Below are positions 49,716-56,942 of a stretch of 64,000 bases of DNA, piece after piece. A program made the translations under genes and the position numbers. The DNA comes from an uncultured bacterium. Lineage in GTDB: Bacteria > Oederibacteriota > PGYV01 > CAWJRG01. The notes below the pieces were generated by a model. That model worked only from the letters and a program-made list of their open reading frames with translations. It was not told the DNA's origin and searched no databases. The DNA lies in contig CAWJRG010000009.1 in the NCBI GenBank assembly GCA_963845185.1, positions 536,743 to 600,742 of the forward strand, read 5' to 3'. Within the stretch, counting starts at the first letter, position 1. Every line of letters begins with the position of its first letter.

Positions 49716-49788
49716 GACAGATGACATATTCTTTGTAATCAATTGCAATATAAGGTATTAGCGATTTTCAAAATGCCTTTCAAAACGC

Positions 49789-49815
49789 TTGACAGTTTGC
49801 TGGTTTTATTATAAT
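49789..49815 (+). promoter_or_regulatory. Sigma70-type promoter of rplM-rpsI (TTGACA-15-TATAAT)
   Basis: ttgaca at 49789-49794 and tataat at 49810-49815. Confidence 0.55.
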
Positions 49816-49821
49816 ATTTGT

Positions 49822-49991
49822 TATTCCTGAATTAACTTTGAATCGGGAAATTTTTTGTTTGTGGAACCCCGCCGACAGGATTCGGCGGTCTTTAAAAACC
49901 ACCGGAGGTCTATCATAAGTTCCCTCCGGAAAGGCATAATACATCCCCCAACTGGGAGTTGGGGGATTTCTTTCTGGATTAAAGGAGGACT
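49822..49991 (+). promoter_or_regulatory. Structured rplM leader with three hairpins, the last terminator-like (candidate L13 autoregulatory leader)
   Basis: Hairpins ccgccga/tcggcgg (49869-49888), ccggagg/cctccgg (49903-49929) and cccccaact-ggg-agttggggg (49945-49965) followed by atttctttct. RBS aaaggagg comes next. Confidence 0.5.
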
Positions 49992-50426
49992 TTGAATCAG
50001 ATGAACAGTTACATGGCAAAAACAGAGGAAATAAAAAGAAAATGGTATGTAATAGACGCCAGCGATAAAATACTCGGAAGGCTGGCGAGCAGAGTAGCAA
50101 GCATTTTAAGAGGTAAACACAAACCTATTTTTACGCCCCATGTGGACACGGGTGATTTTGTTATAGTAATCAACGCGGCTAAGGTGAAACTTTCCGGGAA
50201 GAAAGAATCGTTAAAGACCTATATTTCACACAGCGGTTATCCGGGCGGCTTGAAAATGGAAAAATTCGAGCATTTAAAACAGAGATATCCGGAAAAAATA
50301 ATAGAGCTTGCCGTAAAAGGCATGCTTCCCAAAGGCAAGCTGGGGAAGAAAATATATCAAAAACTTAAAATATATAAAGGCGCTACGCATCCTCACAAGA
50401 CGCAAAAGCCTGAAGTTCTAAATTAA
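49992..50426 (+). CDS. rplM: 50S ribosomal protein L13
   Basis: [29 protein letters not shown]. Confidence 0.95.
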   Translation: MNQMNSYMAKTEEIKRKWYVIDASDKILGRLASRVASILRGKHKPIFTPHVDTGDFVIVINAAKVKLSGKKESLKTYISHSGYPGGLKMEKFEHLKQRYPEKIIELAVKGMLPKGKLGKKIYQKLKIYKGATHPHKTQKPEVLN

Positions 50427-50439
50427 GGAGGAAATAAAA

Positions 50440-50829
50440 TTGAGCTCAGTATTAACTGCAACAGGAAGAAGAAAGACATCAATCGCTAAAGTATGGCTTA
50501 AAAGCGGCGACGGCAAGATTACCGTAAACAAGAAAGACGTGAAGGTTTTTTTTAACAGGGATACACATATAGCGCATATTATGGAGCCTCTGGAGGCGAC
50601 ATCAACCGTTGGAAAATATGACATAAATTGCACGGCGATGGGAGGAGGGCAGACAGGCCAGTCAGGCGCTATAATGATGGCCATAGCAAGGGCGCTTTCC
50701 AAATCAGACGAAAGCATGAAAGTAATTCTCGCAAAGGGAGGGTTTTTAACAAGGGATTCCAGGATGGTTGAAAGAAAGAAATACGGCAGGATGAAAGCAA
50801 GAAGGAGATACCAGTTCTCAAAAAGATAA
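50440..50829 (+). CDS. rpsI: 30S ribosomal protein S9
   Basis: GRRKTSIAKVWLKSGDGKITVN...KYGRMKARRRYQFSKR. TTG start after aaggagg. Confidence 0.95.
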   Translation: MSSVLTATGRRKTSIAKVWLKSGDGKITVNKKDVKVFFNRDTHIAHIMEPLEATSTVGKYDINCTAMGGGQTGQSGAIMMAIARALSKSDESMKVILAKGGFLTRDSRMVERKKYGRMKARRRYQFSKR

Positions 50830-50862
50830 TTGCGGATTCTTCTTCACGAAAAAATATAATAC

Positions 50863-50893
50863 AAAGGCGGCCTTCATGGCCGCCTTTTGTTTT
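50863..50893 (+). terminator. Rho-independent terminator after rpsI
   Basis: aaaggcggcc-ttcat-ggccgccttt followed by tgtttt. Confidence 0.85.
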
Positions 50894-51116
50894 AGAGGTG
50901 CAGGATGCTTAACACAAGAAATTTAAGGCACGGCAAGAAGCCTTTTATGGCTGCCAGGTTTAAGGATGCGGCGAAATTCGGCAAAGGCGCAGTGCCGAAA
51001 GGATACGCAAGCACAAAAAAGCAAAAACAATTTAATCAACCAACACAAAAATCCGATAGTTCCGCAAATCAAAAATAATACTTAATTTCATGGTGGGTTT
51101 TATTGATTGACAGAGC

Positions 51117-51145
51117 CATAAACAGGGGGTATAATTTTATACGGT
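51117..51145 (+). promoter_or_regulatory. Perfect consensus sigma70 promoter (TTGACA-17-TATAAT) for the NHL gene
   Basis: ttgaca at 51117-51122, 17-nt spacer, tataat at 51140-51145, 29 nt before the ATG. Confidence 0.85.
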
Positions 51146-51173
51146 AATTGATTCTAATTTCAGGAGGGCAAGT

Positions 51174-52304
51174 ATGAAAAAACTTTTCATATCAGTTTGT
51201 TTTACTTGGTTTTTATTTATGTTATTCACTATGGGGTGCAGCAAGAAAAGTCCAACTCAAGCAGAACCTACTAACACGCCATATGTAATCACAGCAACAT
51301 TCACAAACACACCAAATATGACAGCAACCACACAGACTGCAGCAACGCAAACAGTTATTGCCTTAAAAACAGCTGGCCCTTCAGCACAAGCTACAGCAAC
51401 AGCCCAGGTACAACAAACAGCAACCATGACTGCGATGTTTGTAACACAATGGGGTAGCGTTGGAAGCAACAACGGACAACTTTATCATCCTTTTGGAGTA
51501 GCAGTAGACAACAGTGGTGGAAGTAGTAACGGAGATGTATATGTTGCAGATAATGGTAATAACAGAATTCAAAAATTCAGCAATACAGGTGCATTTATAG
51601 CCTCATGGGGAATTGTTGGTGGGCAGGCGGGAAGTGGTGATGGGCAGCTTAATTGGCCTCAGGGAGTAGCTGTAGATAGTGGTGGAAATGTGTATGTTTC
51701 AGAAGTAGGTAATGATCGAATACAAGAATTTAATAGCGCAGGAACATATATAACTAAATGGGGTAGTAGCGGAAGCGGCAACGGGCAGTTTAATTATCCC
51801 GTTGGAGTTGCGATAGACAATATTAGTGGAGATGTATATATTGCCGATACTGGGAATAGCAGGATCCAAAAATTCAACAGTACAGGAACATATATAACAC
51901 AATGGGGTGGTTCTGGAACAGGCAATGGACAATTTAAGGGTTTCGGAGTGGCAGTTGACAGCAACGAAGATGTTTATGTCGCAGATACAAGTAATAACAG
52001 AATTCAAAAATTTGATAGTACGGGAACATATATAACACAATGGGGTGGTTCTGGAACTGGTAACGGGCAGTTTAACCAACCCACAGGGGTAGCAATAGAC
52101 AGCAACGGAAACGTGTATGTTGCAGACTCTGTTAATAGCAGAATACAAGAATTTAACAGTACAGGTACATATATAACACAATGGGGTAGTAGTGGAACCG
52201 GTAATGGGCAATTTGTTAGTCCTTATGGAGTAGCAGTAGACAGTAGTGGAGATGTTTATGTTGCTGAATGGACTAATAACAAAATTGATAAATTTCATCC
52301 ATAA
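51174..52304 (+). CDS. NHL-repeat beta-propeller lipoprotein with Thr/Ala/Gln-rich N-terminal linker
   Basis: Lipobox FTMGCS. Six NHL repeats of the form GQFNxPxGVAVDSxGxVYVADxxNxRIQKF. Adjacent repeats are nearly identical at the nucleotide level. Confidence 0.85.
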   Translation: MKKLFISVCFTWFLFMLFTMGCSKKSPTQAEPTNTPYVITATFTNTPNMTATTQTAATQTVIALKTAGPSAQATATAQVQQTATMTAMFVTQWGSVGSNNGQLYHPFGVAVDNSGGSSNGDVYVADNGNNRIQKFSNTGAFIASWGIVGGQAGSGDGQLNWPQGVAVDSGGNVYVSEVGNDRIQEFNSAGTYITKWGSSGSGNGQFNYPVGVAIDNISGDVYIADTGNSRIQKFNSTGTYITQWGGSGTGNGQFKGFGVAVDSNEDVYVADTSNNRIQKFDSTGTYITQWGGSGTGNGQFNQPTGVAIDSNGNVYVADSVNSRIQEFNSTGTYITQWGSSGTGNGQFVSPYGVAVDSSGDVYVAEWTNNKIDKFHP

Positions 52305-52334
52305 GGTTTTTAGGTTTAAGTAGTAAAATCTGAT

Positions 52335-52429
52335 ACCGCTTGTCCGGTTTGAAACCGGACTTGAGCGGGTACATGATTTCGTAATACTTTGCTTGCACCT
52401 GTTGACGGCTTGTCAAAGTAAACGAAATC
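52335..52429 (+). promoter_or_regulatory. Conserved structured 5'-leader element, copy B
   Basis: ccgcttgtcc, then hairpin ggtttgaaacc, then ggacttgagcgggta. Outer stem gatttcgt/acgaaatc. Inner stem tactttg/caaagta. Loop contains ctgttgacg. Ends 1 nt before RBS agggagg. Confidence 0.55.
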
Positions 52430-52443
52430 AAGGGAGGCGGTCA

Positions 52444-53416
52444 ATGAAAAAAGTTTTAATTCCAGTGTTAATTCTCATCGTAATTTTAATTTCAATTACT
52501 TGCTCAAAAAAATCCTCACCTACTTCCCCTGCGGCAACAGCGATTCCAACAATTAACTATTTGGCGCTTGTGTCGGTTCCTGGCGGGACATTTACCCAAA
52601 CTGACGGCACAAATATGTTCAGTAATACAATTTCCACTTTCAGTATTGGAAAGTATCAAGTCACATATGAATTGTGGTACACAGTATATCAATGGGCTAT
52701 TGCTAACGGTTATACCTTCCAAAACTCAGGTACCGAAGGCAGCGTAGGAACAGCCGGCGCAGCACCAACCACTTTAAATCAACCAGTAACTACTATAAAT
52801 TGGCGGGATGCCATAGTGTGGTGTAATGCTTACAGCATGAAAACCGGATTAACGCCTTTGTATTATCAAGATTCAGGTTTCACTACATTGATCAAAGATT
52901 CTACAAACGGAGCATATGGCAGCAGTATAAATACAACAGCAGGAAGTTTTGATAACCCATATGTGGATTGGAACGCAAACGGATATAGGTTACCAACAGA
53001 AGGAGAATATCAATACACGGCAAGTTATATAGACGGAACGAACTGGACGCCGTATAACTATGCCAGCGGCGCAACAGACGCCTATACCGACACCACGGCA
53101 ACCGCGCTTGTAGCGTGGTATAGCGGGAATTGCAGCAATACGCAGGCTATAGGCACATTAGCCGCGAATAAGCTTGATATCTATGGATGATATGTCAGGT
53201 AATGTTTGGGAATGGTGCTTTGATTGGTATGGAGCATATCCAACAACTTCAGAAGTAAATTATACAGGACCTACAAGCGGATCTGCTCGTATGAATAGGG
53301 GCGGTGGTTTTGTTGATGCCGCAGTAAACTTACAAGTGGGCTACCGCCACACTAGTTTTATGCCAGGACCGTATCAAGCGTTAGTCAACTACGGCTTTCG
53401 CATTGCACAGCATTAA
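52444..53416 (+). pseudogene. FGE-sulfatase (formylglycine-generating-enzyme) family lipoprotein, interrupted by a +1 frameshift near 53180
   Basis: Signal peptide with lipobox (SITCSKK). The N-terminal part (52444-53190) ends ...ANKLDIYG*. The +1 frame continues with the family hallmark MSGNVWEWCFDWYG...RGGGF (53174-53416). Together the two parts give a full-length FGE-like domain. Confidence 0.7.
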
Positions 53417-53451
53417 TAATAAATATAATTAGTTTAAAAGGAGGATTCAAT

Positions 53452-53901
53452 ATGAGTAAATTAATCAAGAAATGCGAACATCCGATATTCAAATTTGAAT
53501 TATATGATGATTGTATTATTTATAAAAGGACGAACTCGGCGGGTAATAAATTTATTGGAGCATTAACTGGATATGAAATGTTAAAATCTGATATAAATCA
53601 AACCATATTTTTAAAAGATATTACGGATATTGAAATAAAGAAAACTACTTGGTTGGAACCTGGTTATTTTAGAATAAAAGCAGGCGGTGTCACACAAGTT
53701 GAAATTGTTTATATAAAGGATTTTTGTGAGAAGCTGCAAGAAGATATTAATAAAATAAAAAATGATTATAGTCAACGTACCAATATTGCATCGGGTAAAA
53801 GCGATTTAAATGATTTAGAAAAATTGGCCGAATTAAAATCAAAAGGGATTATAACTGAAGAGGAATTTCAAGCGAAGAAAAAACAAATACTTGGTTTATA
53901 A
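53452..53901 (+). CDS. Hypothetical protein with PH-like N-terminal region and C-terminal SHOCT domain
   Basis: The C-terminus SDLNDLEKLAELKSKGIITEEEFQAKKKQILGL matches the short SHOCT motif. RBS aaaggagg. Confidence 0.55.
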   Translation: MSKLIKKCEHPIFKFELYDDCIIYKRTNSAGNKFIGALTGYEMLKSDINQTIFLKDITDIEIKKTTWLEPGYFRIKAGGVTQVEIVYIKDFCEKLQEDINKIKNDYSQRTNIASGKSDLNDLEKLAELKSKGIITEEEFQAKKKQILGL

Positions 53902-53959
53902 ATAATAATTGCTGTTTTAATCTTATCTCAAAATGATGAATGCGGAGAGGAAAAAATAA

Positions 53960-54538
53960 GTGGAAACAGAAAAAGTTTGGTATGCTGCGTATGGTTCGAA
54001 TATATTTTATGATAGATTTTTATATTATATTAAAGGTGGGAAATTTGAAAAAGAGAATGGAACATCTAAGTATTATCCCAAGTGCGAGGGCGATTCCGAG
54101 CCATCTGATAAAATTTTTAAAAGGGTAAATGGGTTTTCACTTATATTTGGAAACGAATCAGGGACATGGATAGAAAAGAATGAAAGAAAACCAGGCGTGG
54201 CATTTATTGATGAAAAGAATGATTGTTCAACATTTGTTTATATGAAGTATTATTTGATTTCAAGATTGCAGTTTGAACATTGTTGGGAACAAGAAGTAAA
54301 AAGCCCGGAATGGTATGGAAAAAAAATCCCTCTTACAAAGAGGGGTGACATCCCTGTTTATACTTTTTCTTATGAAATAAGACCTGAAATCAATAAACCT
54401 TCTGATAGATATTTAACAACGATAATAAAAGGGCTAAAATCAGAGGGACTTGAAGATGAAAATATAATAGAATATATGATTGGGGCGCAAGGCGTCGGCC
54501 GTTCAAAAGAACAATTGATAAAATTACTTGCTATATAG
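53960..54538 (+). CDS. GGCT/AIG2-like (gamma-glutamyl cyclotransferase fold) hypothetical protein
   Basis: N-terminal WYAAYGSN matches the YxxYGSN motif of the family. GTG start after ggagagg. Confidence 0.5.
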   Translation: METEKVWYAAYGSNIFYDRFLYYIKGGKFEKENGTSKYYPKCEGDSEPSDKIFKRVNGFSLIFGNESGTWIEKNERKPGVAFIDEKNDCSTFVYMKYYLISRLQFEHCWEQEVKSPEWYGKKIPLTKRGDIPVYTFSYEIRPEINKPSDRYLTTIIKGLKSEGLEDENIIEYMIGAQGVGRSKEQLIKLLAI

Positions 54539-54585
54539 TTTTGCCGGAAGGAACGAAAAGATGTGTAAATAATTTTAAATTTTAT

Positions 54586-54614
54586 TTGACATTAACCAAT
54601 ATTTTTGTTATACA
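54586..54614 (+). promoter_or_regulatory. Sigma70-like promoter of the ilv-leu leader (TTGACA-17-TATACA)
   Basis: ttgaca at 54586-54591, 17-nt spacer, tataca at 54609-54614, 31 nt upstream of the leader-peptide ATG. Confidence 0.55.
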
Positions 54615-54645
54615 TATATCAACTCAAAACAGGAGGCTGTTGAAA

Positions 54646-54780
54646 ATGAAAGCAGGAAGAAGCAAGAAAAATTTCAAAAATTCTCCTGCTATAATTCTGC
54701 CCTCCGCTTTGAATCCGAAGACACTAACACTCGTAGTAGTACTCTTATTGGTCGTTCTGCGACTTACAGTCGTCCTGTAA
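54646..54780 (+). CDS. ilv-leu operon leader peptide (44 aa), rich in Leu/Val/Ile/Thr regulatory codons
   Basis: Translation MKAGRSKKNFKNSPAIILPSALNPKTLTLVVVLLLVVLRLTVVL. RBS caggagg lies 7 nt upstream. The last 19 codons include 8 Leu, 7 Val and 3 Thr. Confidence 0.7.
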   Translation: MKAGRSKKNFKNSPAIILPSALNPKTLTLVVVLLLVVLRLTVVL

Positions 54781-54895
54781 TATCGGGCGAAAGTAAGCGC
54801 AGGATAAGGCTAAAACCCCGAAAAAACCCCTTATTTTACGCTTACGCCCGAATAAACAGGATTGTTTTATAGGGCAAAAAAGCCTTGTTTTTTAG
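54781..54895 (+). promoter_or_regulatory. Attenuator region with alternative hairpins downstream of the leader peptide
   Basis: Long-range pairing tcgggcg-aaag-taagcg (54783-54799) with cgcttacgcccga (54839-54851). This encloses ataagg...ccttat-ttt (54804-54837). A further gccc/gggc pairing is followed by aaaaaagccttgttttttag (54871-54893). Confidence 0.5.
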
Positions 54896-54974
54896 CTGTT
54901 TCGTATGGTAATATATAACGCTTTTCAATAAATATTGGATTGCGGGTATATAAAAGATATTGAGATATAAGAAG

Positions 54975-55071
54975 CACCACTTGTCCTCGGCTTTACAGCC
55001 TCGGACTGGAACGGGTGCAAGCAAGAGTAATATTTTGCTGCGCCCTGTTAGCTTGCAAAATAAACTCTTGC
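54975..55071 (+). promoter_or_regulatory. Conserved structured 5'-leader element, copy C (between the attenuator and ilvD)
   Basis: ccacttgtcc...cggactggaacgggtg. Outer stem gcaagagt/actcttgc. Inner stem tattttgc/gcaaaata. Loop tgcgccctgttagctt. Ends 2 nt before RBS aggagg. Confidence 0.55.
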
Positions 55072-55085
55072 ATAGGAGGCTTATT

Positions 55086-56765
55086 ATGAGAAGCGATAAA
55101 ATGAAAAAAGGAATAGAAAGGACGCCGCATAGGGCGCTTTTTAAAGCAATTGGATACACTGAAGAGGAATTGAAAAGGCCTATTATCGGAGTTGTCAACT
55201 CATTTAATGAAGTAATACCCGGACATATACATTTGAATACCATATGCCAAGCAGTAAAAGACGGCATTAGGATGGCAGGCGGTACTCCTATGGAGTTTCC
55301 GACAATAGGAATTTGCGACGGAATTGCCATGGGGCTTGAAGGCATGAAATATTCCCTTGTCAGCAGGGAACATATAGCAGACAGTGTTGAGATAATGGCC
55401 AGTGCTTATCTTTTTGACGGGCTTGTGTTTATACCGAACTGCGACAAGATAATTCCGGGTATGTTAATGGCAGCGGCGCGATTGAATATACCGGCAATAT
55501 TTGTGTCCGGCGGGCCCATGCTCAAAGGCAGATTCAAGGATAAAGTTTACGATCTGATTTCCGGCGGTTATGAATCAGTCGGCGAGTTTATGGCAGGCAA
55601 GATAGACGAAGAGACATTGAAAATCAGGGAGGATATCATGTGCCCGACCTGCGGCTCGTGCTCGGGCATGTACACGGCAAACACGATGAACTGCATGACC
55701 GAAGCAATAGGCATGGGGTTGCCTGGGAACGGCACGATACCGGCTGTGTATTCGGCAAGAATCAGGCTCGCCAAAGAAACAGGCATGAAAATAATGGAGC
55801 TGTTGGAAAAGGACATTAAACCGCGGGACATAATGACGGAAAAGGCGTTTAACAACACTTTTACTGTTGATATGGCCCTTGGCGGGTCTACCAACACGGT
55901 TCTGCATCTTCCGGCCATTGCCAATGAGTGCGGAATAAAATTCGACCTGGCAAAGATTAACGCGATATCGGAAAAAACACCGACACTTTGTAAACTGTCG
56001 CCTTCAAAACTTCCGTCAGGCGGCCAGCACCACATAGAGGACCTTTGCGCGGCAGGCGGCGTGCAGGCAGTCATGAAAGAACTTTCGAAGAAAAAACTTA
56101 TAAATCTCGACCTGATTACCGCGACAGGCAGAAAAGTAAAGGATAATTTAAAAACCACGCAGAACATGGATGCGAATGTAATCAGGACGCCTGAAAACGC
56201 ATATTCGCAGCAGGGCGGCCTTGCAATACTTTTTGGAAACCTGGCACCTGAAGGAGCTGTAGTCAAACAGTCGGGCGTGGCGCCTGAAATGATGAAGCAG
56301 GAATGCAAAGCAAGGGTTTTTGATTCTGAAGACGACGCACAAAAAGCAATATTCGGAAAAAAAATAAAGCCGGGCGACTGCGTTGTCATAAGGTACGAAG
56401 GCCCAAAAGGAGGGCCGGGCATGAGGGAAATGCTCGGGCCAACTTCGGCAATAGAGGGCATGGGGCTTGATACGCAGGTATCTCTTATAACAGACGGCAG
56501 GTTTTCCGGCGGCACAAGAGGAGCGGCGATAGGCCACATATCCCCAGAAGCAATGGAAGGCGGGCCCATAGGTTTGATAAACGAAGGTGATATTATATCA
56601 ATAGACATAGCGGCGAAAAAAATAGAACTCAAAGTAAGCGACGAGGAACTGGAAAAACGGAAAAAAGAATGGAAACAGCCGCCTTATAAAATAACAGAGG
56701 GCGTGTTATATAGATATGCGCAGATGGTGACATCTGCAAGCACAGGTGCGGTTTTTAAGAAATAA
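55086..56765 (+). CDS. ilvD: Dihydroxy-acid dehydratase
   Basis: N-terminal [40 protein letters not shown]. [2Fe-2S] Cys ligands in [19 protein letters not shown] at 55086 follows taggagg. Confidence 0.95.
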   Translation: MRSDKMKKGIERTPHRALFKAIGYTEEELKRPIIGVVNSFNEVIPGHIHLNTICQAVKDGIRMAGGTPMEFPTIGICDGIAMGLEGMKYSLVSREHIADSVEIMASAYLFDGLVFIPNCDKIIPGMLMAAARLNIPAIFVSGGPMLKGRFKDKVYDLISGGYESVGEFMAGKIDEETLKIREDIMCPTCGSCSGMYTANTMNCMTEAIGMGLPGNGTIPAVYSARIRLAKETGMKIMELLEKDIKPRDIMTEKAFNNTFTVDMALGGSTNTVLHLPAIANECGIKFDLAKINAISEKTPTLCKLSPSKLPSGGQHHIEDLCAAGGVQAVMKELSKKKLINLDLITATGRKVKDNLKTTQNMDANVIRTPENAYSQQGGLAILFGNLAPEGAVVKQSGVAPEMMKQECKARVFDSEDDAQKAIFGKKIKPGDCVVIRYEGPKGGPGMREMLGPTSAIEGMGLDTQVSLITDGRFSGGTRGAAIGHISPEAMEGGPIGLINEGDIISIDIAAKKIELKVSDEELEKRKKEWKQPPYKITEGVLYRYAQMVTSASTGAVFKK

Positions 56766-56942
56766 GCGGTTGTTTTTATGAACGGCGCGAAGATACTTAT
56801 TAATTCTCTGCTGTGCGAAGGAGTGGATACGATATTTGGTTATCCAGGCGCAGCTATTATAAACTTGCTTGATGAATTGTATAAAATCGAACCCAGAGCC
56901 CGGGATTCAAATGGCATGGGCCGAAAAAAAAGGAGTGAAGAT

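Noticed and set aside
54541-54645. Longer version of the leader ORF starting at 54541 (MPEGTKRC...).
   Set aside because: That start would lie upstream of the predicted promoter -10 (54609-54614) and has no RBS. The ATG at 54646 has caggagg at the correct spacing.
55568-56632. 354-aa minus-strand ORF antisense to ilvD, and a 129-aa ORF at 56148-56537.
   Set aside because: They are nested antisense to a highly conserved gene. This is a typical GC-skewed antisense artefact.
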